From: an uncultured Planctomycetota bacterium
Lineage (GTDB): Bacteria > Planctomycetota > Planctomycetia > Pirellulales > Lacipirellulaceae
Assembly (NCBI GenBank): GCA_963719315.1
Contig: CAVRBU010000002.1
Span: forward strand, 672,001-736,000
Direction of reading: 5' to 3'
DNA: 64,000 bases
Shown: in pieces, positions 29,598 through 40,174 of the stretch
Layout of the letters: every line of letters begins with the position of its first letter
Numbering within the stretch: position 1 is the first letter of the stretch
Position numbers and translations under genes: made by a program
Notes under the pieces: generated by a model
Told to the model about the DNA's origin: nothing
What the model saw: only the letters and a program-made list of their open reading frames with translations
Database searches by the model: none

Positions 29598-30188
29598 TCA
29601 ACGCGGCCATTCGGCGTGTGGATCGAAATTCATGATCGACGTTTCAGGCCGCGTCGGAATCTGCAACCGCAAGAACGGTTTATCCGCCGCTTTGTGGCAA
29701 CCATAGCACGTTTCCATCGACGTGCGATATGTTTTCTCGAACGCCGCTTTGTCGTGCGCGGCAATCGCTTCCTGCAATTGCTTGAGGGGTCCGTTCTCGA
29801 AGCCTTCAAGTATAGGCGCCAAATCTACTTCCTTGCCGGCATTGTCTTTTCGCTTGGGAATGACCCGCACCGCCCACCGCAAATGCGATCGCGTTTCCGA
29901 CCAATAGAAATTCGCCAATTCCCAGTTCGCATGCTGTCCGGCAAACCACAGATTGGAAAAGTGATAACTCACGTCCTGCATCACATGCGATTGGTCAGTC
30001 AGCTTGCCCTTGATCATTTCGAGGTCGGCCACCAAGGTGGCTGGATCATGTGTTAGTTGTTTCGCCGATTGTGCGAGCGCGGATGGCACTAGCAGCGAAA
30101 ACGCAGAATGCAAAAGCGCTCCGATTGCGATTCCTATTACCAGGAGAATCCATGCCTTTGTATGAAGTTGCGGCATATCTTGCCTCAC
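29598..30188 (-). CDS. Exported putative monoheme c-type cytochrome (helical type)
   Basis: N-terminal TM/signal segment and a single C-terminal CYGCH heme motif. Confidence 0.6.
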   Translation of the reverse strand: MRQDMPQLHTKAWILLVIGIAIGALLHSAFSLLVPSALAQSAKQLTHDPATLVADLEMIKGKLTDQSHVMQDVSYHFSNLWFAGQHANWELANFYWSETRSHLRWAVRVIPKRKDNAGKEVDLAPILEGFENGPLKQLQEAIAAHDKAAFEKTYRTSMETCYGCHKAADKPFLRLQIPTRPETSIMNFDPHAEWPR

Positions 30189-30568
30189 GAGTCCGTTTCC
30201 GAATGCAGCGCAACGCGATTGCCTTCGCTATCGAGCACGATGGCGCGAAAGCCGTGCGGCCCGATCGAGTGCGTGTCCTGAATTACCGAGCCGCCATTCG
30301 GCACAACCTTGGCAACGGCGTCTCGAATTCGCCCGTTCACGTTCAGGTAAATTAGCACGCCACCTGCGGCAATTTCTGCCTTATTGAGCACCAGGCAACC
30401 GCCATTTCCGCCTTCGTGTTCGATCACGCAGAATGACATGTCGCCGTACGTCTCCTTATCGACTCCAACACCCAACACGGATCGGTAGAACTTCGCCGCG
30501 CGGTCTAGGTCGGCCACCGGAATATCAAACCAAACGGCTCGGTTACGCTCTGAGTTGAAATCTCCCAT
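30185..30568 (-). CDS. VOC/glyoxalase family protein
   Basis: VWFDIPVADLDRAAKFY, IGPHGFRAIVLDSEGNRVALH. Confidence 0.9.
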   Translation of the reverse strand: MGDFNSERNRAVWFDIPVADLDRAAKFYRSVLGVGVDKETYGDMSFCVIEHEGGNGGCLVLNKAEIAAGGVLIYLNVNGRIRDAVAKVVPNGGSVIQDTHSIGPHGFRAIVLDSEGNRVALHSETDS

Positions 30569-30607
30569 TCGTTCTCTCCTATTTCGCAGTATTCCGTGAC
30601 TGCCCTT

Positions 30608-31510
30608 TCATTCCCCCTTGGCCGGCTTCAGCAAGCCGCGCGCTTCGAGCCAATTGTGACATAGATTGGGCCATTCCTTTGTTCCAGGAACATCCTTCGC
30701 GAGCCCTATGCCGTGCTTGCCCGATTGAAAGATATGCATCTCGGCCGGAACGTGTGCCTTGTGAAGCGCGAGGTAGAACGCGATACAATTCTCCGCAGGC
30801 ACTCCGGTGTCCTCCAACGTCTGAAAGATAAATGTCGGCGGCGTTTCTTTGGTGACTTGCGTTTCGTTGGATAAACTGTGCAGGAGAGCGGGGGCCGGTG
30901 ATTCGCCTAGCAAGTTCTTGCGCGACCCCTGGTGCGTAAAGCTCTCTGTCATGGAAATGACTGGGTAGCAGAGGATCAGAAAATCGGGCCGCGAGCTCAC
31001 GCGTTCGATAGGATCGGCGCTATCGGATTCTCCGGCGTCGAAGTGCGTGCCCAGCGTGCTCGACAGATGGCCTCCCGCCGAAAAGCCCATCACGCCAATC
31101 CGCGACGGATCAAGATTCCACTCCTTCGCGCGGGCTCGCACGGTGCGTACGGCCCGCTGACCGTCCATCATCGGAACGGGGTGCATATGGCCGGTGCCGT
31201 GCATTCGATACTTGAGTACGAACGCCCGCACCCCCTGCGAATTGAGCCAGTCGGCAATTTGTTTGCCTTCATGATCCATCGCCAGCCCGCCATAACCGCC
31301 GCCGGGCACGACGATAATGCCCGTGCTCGTGGGTTTACCGGTTGGCGCAGTCATAAACAGCACAGGTTCGTCTTCCGGTTTTGTGGCCGGCGTGCCGGGT
31401 GCACCATTTTCCCAGAGCTTGATTGTGACGGGCTCCGCTGCTGGGGCGTCATTAACGAATACAATGCTAAGGCCAGCGACAAATGCCGCCAAAATGATTG
31501 GTCGCAACAT
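30608..31510 (-). CDS. Exported alpha/beta hydrolase (esterase)
   Basis: PGGGYGGL, GVMGFSAGGHL, RPDFLILCYPV, GKHGIG. Confidence 0.88.
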   Translation of the reverse strand: MLRPIILAAFVAGLSIVFVNDAPAAEPVTIKLWENGAPGTPATKPEDEPVLFMTAPTGKPTSTGIIVVPGGGYGGLAMDHEGKQIADWLNSQGVRAFVLKYRMHGTGHMHPVPMMDGQRAVRTVRARAKEWNLDPSRIGVMGFSAGGHLSSTLGTHFDAGESDSADPIERVSSRPDFLILCYPVISMTESFTHQGSRKNLLGESPAPALLHSLSNETQVTKETPPTFIFQTLEDTGVPAENCIAFYLALHKAHVPAEMHIFQSGKHGIGLAKDVPGTKEWPNLCHNWLEARGLLKPAKGE

Positions 31511-31562
31511 GAGTCTTTCTGCCGAACAATCGAATCGAATACTCATGATCTCGCGCCTTTGC

Positions 31563-31973
31563 TCACTTGTGTCGGTTCTCCAGATACGCCCGCCATGGCG
31601 TCCAATAATAATCCTGCCAGCCTTTGATGACGTCTTGATAATCGTGCTCGGGCACGTCGACGTGGACCAAATCGATGCGACCGTGTGCGGGAATTTCTGG
31701 CTCCGGCGTAAACAGCAGCACGAGCGTGGAGTCCGGGTCTTCCGCGTGAAATTTCGTCGAACGCCACGATTGTACGATTAATCGCGGCCGCACGACGGTC
31801 AGAATCGCGCCGCTAAGCTGGTCGTTAAAGGCCCCAAATCTCGCACCGGCCTGCGCACCGATCGCGACGGGAAAGCCTGTGATTGCTGCGTGCGCCGCCG
31901 GATCGAGATACATTTCGAACAACGATTCAGCCACTGCAGGTAGCACGACAGACTGCTGAATAACACTGCGCAT
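31563..31973 (-). CDS. SRPBCC/AHA1-like START-fold protein
   Basis: LIVQSWRS, DSTLVLLF, IDLVHVDVP, GWQDYYWTPW. Confidence 0.8.
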   Translation of the reverse strand: MRSVIQQSVVLPAVAESLFEMYLDPAAHAAITGFPVAIGAQAGARFGAFNDQLSGAILTVVRPRLIVQSWRSTKFHAEDPDSTLVLLFTPEPEIPAHGRIDLVHVDVPEHDYQDVIKGWQDYYWTPWRAYLENRHK

Positions 31974-32187
31974 CCGCGTCTTCTCCTAAGTTGGGCCGAT
32001 CCCGGATTTTACAACCGTCGCCTGACCGCCGCCATTGGCCCATTGATTCGGTAACTGGGCGCGGATGAGCCAACTAGCGCAACGTCGCATCAATTTGGTA
32101 GAATTATGGACTCCTTACCATGCCTGAGGGCTGAATCGTCCGAGACGATTCCGTATCCTTATTGTACCACTATGAGGGCCCGCAAAC

Positions 32188-34086
32188 ATGTTCTTCTTCT
32201 CGTTCAGCCGGCGAATTGCAGTTCTCCTGGTCCTCGCGACCGCGTGTCGGTTTTCTGCAGCCGCGGAAACCCAATCTCTCCCGTGGCAGCGTTCGCCGGA
32301 ATTCGAGGAGCAGAGCTTTACGACCACCGTCGAGCCAAAGATCCGCATCCACGTGAATGCGCCCCTTGACGAGAAAGGCCAGCCCGCGCGCGCAACGCGG
32401 CTCATCGTATTCGCCCTCCCGAACGGCAACACGCTCGAACAAACACTGGGCTGCCAAATGAAGCCGGGCATGGACTGGCACTTCGACATCCAGCACATTG
32501 CGGCCCAAGTGCGGATGCTGCGATCGCTGAAGCCAAGCGAGCGGATCGTGCTCGTATGCGCCAAAGCGCCCGGATTGAGCTGGCCTTTGTTTCGCAAAAA
32601 CGTGCCCGACGCCAACGCCAAGATCGGCAAGCTCGTCGATAGTTGGCATGAACAATTCGGTACAAAGAACGCGAAAGTCACGCTCACTGGCCACAGCGGC
32701 GGCGGCAGTTTCATGTTCGGCGTCATTGAATCGGCCGACGAAATCCCAGCGTACATCGACCGCATTGCTTTCCTCGATGCCAATTATTCGTTCGACGCGG
32801 CCCTGCACGCCAAGAAGATAGAACGCTGGCTCCAAGGCAACGACGAGCGGCGGTTTATCGTCGTTTGCTATGACGATCGCGAGATCACACTCAATGGCAG
32901 GAAAGTCGTTGGGTCCGATGGCGGCACGTACCGCGCGACCGGCCGGATGCACGACGCATTCGGCCGCGACTTCAAACTGACTGATTCTGTCCACGAGCCC
33001 TTCCGGGAAACGACCGGGCTCGACGGCCGGATCCACTTCTACTTGCATCCGAACCCCGAAAACAAGATTCTCCACACAGTGCTGGTGGGCGAAATGAACG
33101 GTCTGGTACAGATCGCGACGCTCGGCACGCCGGACGAGGGCAAATGGGGCACGTTCGGCGGGCCGCGGGCATACACGAAGTTCGTGCAAGCGGACCCGAC
33201 GCTGGCGCCCACGCCAACGAATGCTTCGTCACCGGCTAAAGAATCCACGTCGCCCGCGAGCGAGTCCACAAGAAAGCTGCGCTTGTCGCCGCAATCGAGC
33301 TTGCCGCCACGGCCCGCGAATGCGATCGGAGGCAGCGCGTTCGCCAAGAAAGTAGCCGGGCTCGATCTGAAGAAACGGGAAGCAGCAATCCTTCGCGAAA
33401 TCACGGGCGGCAATCTTCCTAATTTCCTGCGGAACTTTAAGACTGTCGAAATTCGAGGTCCGCTAGAGGCTAATAATGGCAGCCGCGAGGTTACTGCAAT
33501 GCTCGAAGTGATGCCCGATTACCTGGCCATCGGCAGCGATACCGCCTTCATCCGGATGCCAATGACGCCGCAAACCGCGCAGCAGATCGCCGACCGTTTT
33601 GGCTGCGTTTTGCCTACGCGCAAGATGGTCGACGCGATCGATGCACAAGCCGAACTCAAGTTAGCGCCCCACCCGATGACGGAAGCCCGCGAAGCGGTCG
33701 CCACATTCGCCGAGCACAACCGAATCATCGAAGTGCAGCGCGGCGACAACCGGCTCGGCCTGCTCACCACCGGCATCAAGAAGGACATCGTCCTCACGCC
33801 GCGGATTTTCGAGAGACCCGCGCGGCTCGCGATCTACGGCTGGCGCCAACTCAACGGCCAGCCGATCCAGCCGCTCACGATCGAGCACTGGAACCAATAT
33901 GTCGATTACAGCCACGGAGTACGACTCGTGCGCGACACGCTCGATCTCAAGGGCAAGAGGGTGAAAATCGACGAGCTCTTGGCCGACCCCGAACGCTGCG
34001 GCTTGGTCAGCGACGAAGGCCCAATGAAACCGCCGCGGTATCCGACGGACTGGAGCGAATCGACACCGTCCCGCTCTGCACGCTAA
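32188..34086 (+). CDS. Exported two-domain protein: alpha/beta-hydrolase-like domain plus uncharacterised C-terminal domain
   Basis: Signal peptide, TLTGHSGGGSF elbow, Pro/Ser/Thr linker, second domain with GIKKDIV, IYGW, YVDYSHGVRLV. Confidence 0.7.
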   Translation: MFFFSFSRRIAVLLVLATACRFSAAAETQSLPWQRSPEFEEQSFTTTVEPKIRIHVNAPLDEKGQPARATRLIVFALPNGNTLEQTLGCQMKPGMDWHFDIQHIAAQVRMLRSLKPSERIVLVCAKAPGLSWPLFRKNVPDANAKIGKLVDSWHEQFGTKNAKVTLTGHSGGGSFMFGVIESADEIPAYIDRIAFLDANYSFDAALHAKKIERWLQGNDERRFIVVCYDDREITLNGRKVVGSDGGTYRATGRMHDAFGRDFKLTDSVHEPFRETTGLDGRIHFYLHPNPENKILHTVLVGEMNGLVQIATLGTPDEGKWGTFGGPRAYTKFVQADPTLAPTPTNASSPAKESTSPASESTRKLRLSPQSSLPPRPANAIGGSAFAKKVAGLDLKKREAAILREITGGNLPNFLRNFKTVEIRGPLEANNGSREVTAMLEVMPDYLAIGSDTAFIRMPMTPQTAQQIADRFGCVLPTRKMVDAIDAQAELKLAPHPMTEAREAVATFAEHNRIIEVQRGDNRLGLLTTGIKKDIVLTPRIFERPARLAIYGWRQLNGQPIQPLTIEHWNQYVDYSHGVRLVRDTLDLKGKRVKIDELLADPERCGLVSDEGPMKPPRYPTDWSESTPSRSAR

Positions 34087-34544
34087 GGATTCCACCGATA
34101 GCGTCGTTTGGTGCGTAGCCCTTGTGCAATCTGCGATACGTGCGACGGTACCACGATCTCTTCGATTAGGGACGCGCCCAGTTTTTCAATAGTTCGAATT
34201 GACGCGCAGTTGTCTGGGTCGCAGGTGATGACTACAGCGTCGTAAATCGTACGTACAAAAGGAGCGATCGCGCGGCAAGCCTGCAATGCCAAGCCGCGAC
34301 CGCGAAATGCCTCGCCAATTCCAAAGCCGATGTGTCCGGCAAACAGGCGAACATGTTCGGTATCGCCCACACGGAAATTTATGTGACCAACGTCGACTTT
34401 GTCGTCCGCCAGGATACGAAAGTGATAATACGGAACAATTCCGCGCGTGGCATCGCCCGGCACGATATGGCGGAAATGCAGACGCACGTCGCCAAACGCC
34501 AAATGACCTGGCGGTTCTTCCAATAGCTCGGACGGCGCTGACAT
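34083..34544 (-). CDS. GNAT family N-acetyltransferase
   Basis: AGHIGFGI..FRGRGLA, ITCDPDNCASIRTIEKLG. Confidence 0.85.
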   Translation of the reverse strand: MSAPSELLEEPPGHLAFGDVRLHFRHIVPGDATRGIVPYYHFRILADDKVDVGHINFRVGDTEHVRLFAGHIGFGIGEAFRGRGLALQACRAIAPFVRTIYDAVVITCDPDNCASIRTIEKLGASLIEEIVVPSHVSQIAQGLRTKRRYRWNP

Positions 34545-34568
34545 GCTTAACGAGCCTGGGTTTGGCGA

Positions 34569-35168
34569 CTATGCGCGTTCGCCAAACGCAAACGCTCCTT
34601 CGCAAATGAATTGCTCGACCGGCTTGCGATCCGTCGGCTTCTCGCGTGCGCGGAGCGGTTCGGGCAACATATTTAGGTTGCCCGGCCGGCCTGCGGCGAA
34701 CATCGCCGCCACGGCATAATCGTCTGGCACTCCGAGCGTCGTACGTGCTTTCTCGAAATCGAAGCCCTGCATGCCGTGCACGACCAGACCCATCGCCGTG
34801 CCTTGCAGGGCGATGTTTTCGAACGCCGCGCCCACATCGAACAGATGCACCGGATTGGGCTTTCCGTTCTGCGAAAACACTTTGTGGGCCACGATCACTG
34901 CCAGCAGCGCCGCATTCTTGCACCAGGCTTGATTGCCTTCCACCAACAAATTGAAGATCGCCGGCCACTGCGGCGTATCGCGCCGCGCATACAGAAACCG
35001 CCATTCCTGCTCATTGTAAGTGGAGGGGGCCCAGCGGGCCGCTTCGAACAGCGTGAGGATTTCGCCCTCGCTGAGCGGTTCGCCACTCATCGCCCGCGGA
35101 CTCCAGCGCTCGACGAAGAGCAATTCAATAGGATGGTCGGCGGTGCGGGATTCTAGTGCGCTTATCAT
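34569..35168 (-). CDS. Nitroreductase family protein
   Basis: RWSPRAM, EAARWAPSTYNEQEWRF, HGMQGFD. Confidence 0.92.
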   Translation of the reverse strand: MISALESRTADHPIELLFVERWSPRAMSGEPLSEGEILTLFEAARWAPSTYNEQEWRFLYARRDTPQWPAIFNLLVEGNQAWCKNAALLAVIVAHKVFSQNGKPNPVHLFDVGAAFENIALQGTAMGLVVHGMQGFDFEKARTTLGVPDDYAVAAMFAAGRPGNLNMLPEPLRAREKPTDRKPVEQFICEGAFAFGERA

Positions 35169-35191
35169 CTTCGATTCCCTTTTTCAAAATC

Positions 35192-35215
35192 GGGTGCCAC
35201 TAGCTCTGCCAGTGC
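35192..35215. repeat. REP-like hairpin, GGTG class
   Basis: GGGTGCCACTAGCTCTGCCAGTGC; related copy at 58595. Confidence 0.55.
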
Positions 35216-35267
35216 TCTCTACCGCGCCACAAATCCGCGGGCAAAGCAACCAGTCCCCCGCCTAGCA

Positions 35268-36605
35268 TTACGGCACCGATTTACGCCATTCCAACAAGGC
35301 TTTTTGCAGCCGCAACGTCACGTCCGGATGATCGGCCGCGATGTTCTTCGTTTCATCTGTGCCAGCCGATAAATCATACAGCTCGAGCGCCTGCCCATCC
35401 AAGTTGCACAGCAGTTTCCAGTCGCCATCACGAATCGCGAGCTGCGGCGAACGATCGAGCGGCTGATTCGGATAGGGAAAGAATTCCTCATTCCGGCCAT
35501 ATTCCCACACCAGCGGCTGCTCGCGGGCGGCCAGCGGTTTGCCTTTGAACGCAGCCGATCGGTCGACTCCGTCGAACGCCACGCCCCGCGGCACGTCGAC
35601 ACCGGCCATGCGGCACAAAGTCGGCAACATGTCCACCGAACCAATCACGGTCGTGTCATCCGTCACGCCGGCCGGCACCACTCCCGGCCACCGCGCGATG
35701 AATGGCAGCCGGATTCCGCCTTCGTACAGGCTGAACTTGCAGCCCCTCAGGCCCTGCGTTCGACCGGCGAGATGCGGATACGGGCCGTTGTCACTCGCAA
35801 AGATCACGAGTGTGTTGTTGTCAATGCCCAGGTCCTTGATGCCTTCCATCAGCCGGCCGATTTGCTCATCCATTTCGGCGATCACCGGCTTCAGGTTTTT
35901 CATGACGTTCTGGTTCTTCTCCTTCATCACCGCCGCGTTCGGAATCCAAGGCGTGTGTACGTCGTCGAACCACAGATTGACAAAACAGGGCGTTTCCTTG
36001 TTGCGCCGCAAGAAATCTAGCGTCTTATCTACAAAGAACTGCGTGCGCTGCCACCGTTTGAACTTGTCCTTGTCCGACCAAATCCAATTCGTGGCCGTGA
36101 TGCCCGGGTCCGGCTCCGGGCTCTCATAAGTGCCCGCATGCTCATCGTACCCATACGCGGCGAATTTCGGCGCGTCGGTCACATCCCGCCCGCCGCCCAA
36201 GTGCCATTTGCCGAAGTGCGCCGTGCGATAACCGGCCTCGTGCAACGCCCGCGGCAGCGACGGCGCTTGCGGATCGAGAAAGTCAACCATCTCCGCACCG
36301 CGATTCCGCTTCTTCTCGGCCAGATAGCTCGTAATCCGCCACCGCGCCGGGAACTGCCCCGTGATCAGCGCACATCGCGACGGCGAACAAATGGGCGACG
36401 CCACATAAAACTGCGTGAACCGCGTTCCTTCAACTGCCAGCCGATCGATATTCGGCGTCGGCACCTGCTGGCCGCCGTAACAGCCGATGTCGCCGGGACC
36501 TAGATCATCGGCCAGAATGAAGATGATATTCGGTCGCGATTCTTCCGCGGCAACCAACCCCGAGGCCGACAACACGACAACTATCAAGCAGATGAGCTTT
36601 TGCAT
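35268..36605 (-). CDS. Arylsulfatase-family (FGly-dependent) sulfatase
   Basis: [42 protein letters not shown]; signal peptide from MQKLI. Confidence 0.93.
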   Translation of the reverse strand: MQKLICLIVVVLSASGLVAAEESRPNIIFILADDLGPGDIGCYGGQQVPTPNIDRLAVEGTRFTQFYVASPICSPSRCALITGQFPARWRITSYLAEKKRNRGAEMVDFLDPQAPSLPRALHEAGYRTAHFGKWHLGGGRDVTDAPKFAAYGYDEHAGTYESPEPDPGITATNWIWSDKDKFKRWQRTQFFVDKTLDFLRRNKETPCFVNLWFDDVHTPWIPNAAVMKEKNQNVMKNLKPVIAEMDEQIGRLMEGIKDLGIDNNTLVIFASDNGPYPHLAGRTQGLRGCKFSLYEGGIRLPFIARWPGVVPAGVTDDTTVIGSVDMLPTLCRMAGVDVPRGVAFDGVDRSAAFKGKPLAAREQPLVWEYGRNEEFFPYPNQPLDRSPQLAIRDGDWKLLCNLDGQALELYDLSAGTDETKNIAADHPDVTLRLQKALLEWRKSVP

Positions 36606-37096
36606 GTTTGCCAATTTCAGTATCCACGTCTTATTCTCGGACTGCCTTATCTTCGCACTCCTGGTCCGAGCGTCAAGCTCTCGCACATCTCGCTTTTTAT
36701 CCGATGGAACTTTACGCTTGCCCGCATTCAAACCACGTGAAATGCCACCAGTTCCAGGAACTTTTCTCGGCACTTTCTCAGCCCTTGCGTGGATCGTGGC
36801 CGCGAGTGCGGGGCATGATCATCGCGCTGCGATGAATTGCTTGCACCGTTCCGCCCAACCCATTTGGCAGGCATCGGAAAACTGAAGTCGCAAGCGCGGC
36901 GATGTTCGTCAGCCGCAGACATCCGCCACTCGCTATTCCGCGACATGCTGTCGGCCTGCGACCGATCGCCGTGGCGCGCCTCAACGAACTCGCAGCAAAC
37001 GAGAAATAACGTGCGTTGCGTCTGCCGAAACGTGGTAAGCTGATGCGGAATTCGACTCGATCGGTTTGGGCATTGGGGCAGAAGGAGTGGCTAGCC

Positions 37097-37984
37097 ATGA
37101 CATGCCGAAAGCTCGTTCGGTTCTTGGCGTGTGTGGCAACTGTGTTCGGCAGTCTGTGGTGCAACAATCGGGCATTCGGCAAGCCCGTTGTGCTCGAGTC
37201 GGCCGAGCTGGGCACGACGGGTCGGTTCGGCGGCACCAGCGTCACAATCTCGCAATTTGTCGGCTGGCGGTTTCAAACGAACGAGGCGCTAACTGTCGAT
37301 CGCGTCGGCGGTCATCTGCTGTCATTTCCAGATGAGCCGGGCGATATCTTTGCCGCCTTAGTCCGGCTCGGGTCGATCGATTCGGTGCCGCTGGGGGCAC
37401 CCTTTACGGCGGAGGAAGTTATCGCGACGACCACGTTTCGACCCCCCTTCCCCAGCGACGAAGTACTTGTGCCGCTCGCCGCGACGTTGACTCCCGGCAG
37501 TTACTCGCTCGTTCTCGGCACGGGGCTGTTCGGCGCGACGGGCGCTGGGGCTCTGCACAATGGACCCGATCAGCCGGACATTCCGCCCACCGATATCTCG
37601 TCGTTTATTTTCTGGAGTATTCCGACTTTCGGCCAGCCGCCTGAATGGCGATTGAACCTGGCATCGCACATGCGGTTCATCGTTGAGGCACAAGCGGTCA
37701 ACTTGCCGGGCGACTACAACCGAGATGGCCGGGTCGACGCCGCGGACTATGTCGTGTGGCGCATCAACATGGACACGGAATACGCGCTGCCCAACGACCT
37801 GATCGGTGGCACGATTGGGCAAGCGCACTACGATCAGTGGCGAGCACACTTTGGCGAAATGCTGGGCAACGTCAGCGGCTCGGGAACGCACACGAAATCC
37901 GCAGTTCCTGAACCGGCAGCGCTGGCGATGTTCCTCGGCGGAATGCTCGCGATGCTTGGTCGCCGGCGCTCGATTAGATCATGA
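37097..37984 (+). CDS. Secreted PEP-CTERM protein with dockerin-like motif
   Basis: Signal peptide; [22 protein letters not shown] + TM + RRRS. Confidence 0.8.
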   Translation: MTCRKLVRFLACVATVFGSLWCNNRAFGKPVVLESAELGTTGRFGGTSVTISQFVGWRFQTNEALTVDRVGGHLLSFPDEPGDIFAALVRLGSIDSVPLGAPFTAEEVIATTTFRPPFPSDEVLVPLAATLTPGSYSLVLGTGLFGATGAGALHNGPDQPDIPPTDISSFIFWSIPTFGQPPEWRLNLASHMRFIVEAQAVNLPGDYNRDGRVDAADYVVWRINMDTEYALPNDLIGGTIGQAHYDQWRAHFGEMLGNVSGSGTHTKSAVPEPAALAMFLGGMLAMLGRRRSIRS

Positions 37985-38307
37985 TCTGAACTCCTCGCGC
38001 CGTCCGCGGAATCCGTGCCCGCGGTCGGGGAACGCGTTGGCGGTAAAAAAAGGTTACGCCTGCCTCCGCATACGGGTTGTCGTCCACTTTGCGTTCGATG
38101 TTCGCGTCAACCCCAGCAACAAGAAATCCCGACGGTTCCTAAAACCGCTCTCGGTCAATTTCTGTCAGTCGTACAGGTTTTGAGCCGCGATTCTCCGCAG
38201 CTGCCGAAAAAATTGCCGCTTCCGCGGGTCGCAGTTATGCTATACCCAGCCGTCGACCCGCCCCACTTCCCCATTGGAAAGAGAAGAAGAGAGCGAAAGA
38301 CTTTGTT

Positions 38308-38995
38308 ATGACCGGCCGACGCTGTCCTTTAATCCTCCTCGCCGCCCTCTGGTCACCATTGGCAGCCTACGCTGCCGATGGCACGTGGGCCGTCGCTGCA
38401 TTCGGCAACTGGAGCGATGTCACGAAATGGACGGGCGGCACGGTCGCCAACGGCGCCGATTTCACTGCTTACTTCACGGCGGATATTAGTGGAACCAATC
38501 AAGTGACGGTTGACACCAGCCGGACGATCGGCAACCTGACGTTCAGTTGTACCCAAGGCGGATGCAATTGGAACCTCACGGGCGTCGGCATTCTCACACT
38601 CGAAACCTCCAGCGCTACGCCGACCATCAACCTTTTGAGCGGGCCAGCGAGTGTTGTGAACGTGCTCAGCGGCAGCAATGGCTTACACAAAACTGGTCCC
38701 GGCTCGCTCATTCTGCAAGCTCCAAATATTTACACGGGCGAGACGACTGTAAGTGGCGGGTTTCTCCAATTCCTTTCCGACGCAGCTTTGGGGCACGCTT
38801 CCAACGGGATCACGCTCGACGGCGGAAAGCTCAACCCAGTCTCCAACTACAGCTCGGCCAGGAATATCACGCTTACGATGGCAAGCGGCAACAGCATTTA
38901 TGGCAGCGGCGGCACCAATACTCTGTCCGGAATGATTTCGGGCAGCGGCGAAATTACGTTTACTGGTGGATCGGCGATCATACTCAACGGAACTA
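38308..38995 (+). pseudogene. Autotransporter-associated beta-strand repeat protein truncated by IS630
   Basis: Signal peptide, repeat GLHKTGPGSLILQAPNIYTGETTVSGG; second repeat cut at ILNGT by the IS end. Confidence 0.8.
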
Positions 38996-40174
38996 TACCC
39001 TACGCGGCCAGCAATGAGACATCTTCGAATCGCTGAAAGTTGAGCGTCATGAGGGATTTGAGGGGTTCGGCGTGGCGGGTTGCGAGGTCGGCGATTGTTT
39101 CTTGGATGGCGGCTTGAAACTCTTGAAATCCGGGATGGTAACGCCCATAGATGGCCCGCCGCTTGATGAACTTCCAAAGCCGTTCGATGAGGTTCAGGTT
39201 CGGCGAGTAGGAGGGCAGGAACAGCAGCGTGATTTCCAGTTGCGTCGCCAACGCTTGCACCGCGGCGTTACGTTGGTAGCGAGCGTTGTCCAGCACCAAC
39301 GTGATCGGTCCGGCCAGACCGAGGGCAGCGATCTTCCGCAACAGCTCGCACATCGTTTCCGTGTTGACGACCGTGGTGTTGGTCACGCTTACCAGTTCGC
39401 GGGTCACGGCGTTCCAGGCTCCCAGGACATTGAACCGCTGGCGGCCCGAGGCGGCCCGCACGAAGATTCGCGTGAACGACCACAAGCAGCACAGGAACGT
39501 CCCGTACACAAAGTGGGCCGCATCGACGAAGAAGACGTGTCCCCGCCCTCGGGCGGCGGCGTCGAGGCGGGGCTTCAGTTCGAACGTCGTGAAACAGGGC
39601 CTGCGCGGCGACATGCTGGGCCAAGTTTTTTTGGGCGGCACGGGGAGCGCCCGGACCCGCTGCCACTTGAGTCCCATGTCTTTCAGGAACTTGCGAGTTT
39701 GCGACAGTCCCCGCCGCAGGCCGGTCAGTTGGTAAATGCGTTCGCAGGCTTCCGCGGTCGTGCGGACCGGCTGGTTCTCGAACAACGCGCGGATCACGTC
39801 GCGATAGGCGGCCAAGTCGCTCACGGGCCCTTGCACATTCCACCGCCGCAGACCCTCCAACCCGCCATCACGATAGGCCGCAACGTACCGCCCGACGGTC
39901 GCCACTCCGACCCCCGCCAATTTCGCCGCCTGGGATCGCTTCAAACCACACTGCAGCGACCACAACACCAGCATCTTGCGGCGGACATGCGACTCCGGAT
40001 GAGACTCCCGCTCGGCCGCGACAATTCGCTGTTCCTCTTCCGTCAATCGGACTCGAAACCAAGCCATGACAGCCCTCCTTGCCAGCAACACGCCATCCTC
40101 CTCGATGGCGACATAAGGGCCTTGTACAACAAATCAGCTACTCGGGAACAGATCATTTATCCCCACGCAGGGTA
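38996..40174 (-). mobile_element. IS630 family insertion sequence
   Basis: Terminal inverted repeats TACCCTACGCGG / TACCCTGCGTGG, each flanked by TA (38994-95, 40175-76). Confidence 0.88.
39000..40067 (-). CDS. IS630 family DDE transposase
   Basis: N-terminal HTH; FVDAAHF, LVLDNARYQ, LPSYSPNLNLIERLWK; SD AAGGAGG before ATG 40067. Confidence 0.93.
   Translation of the reverse strand: MAWFRVRLTEEEQRIVAAERESHPESHVRRKMLVLWSLQCGLKRSQAAKLAGVGVATVGRYVAAYRDGGLEGLRRWNVQGPVSDLAAYRDVIRALFENQPVRTTAEACERIYQLTGLRRGLSQTRKFLKDMGLKWQRVRALPVPPKKTWPSMSPRRPCFTTFELKPRLDAAARGRGHVFFVDAAHFVYGTFLCCLWSFTRIFVRAASGRQRFNVLGAWNAVTRELVSVTNTTVVNTETMCELLRKIAALGLAGPITLVLDNARYQRNAAVQALATQLEITLLFLPSYSPNLNLIERLWKFIKRRAIYGRYHPGFQEFQAAIQETIADLATRHAEPLKSLMTLNFQRFEDVSLLAA

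Noticed and set aside
36706..36732. ECF sigma promoter GGAACTT-N15-TCAAA
   Set aside because: Spacer is one base short of the usual RpoE spacing and far from the next start; could be chance.
36860..36965. c-di-GMP-I riboswitch upstream of the PEP-CTERM gene
   Set aside because: Only a vague GGCA..GAAA..CGCAAGC likeness; conserved stems could not be built. An Rfam scan would settle it.
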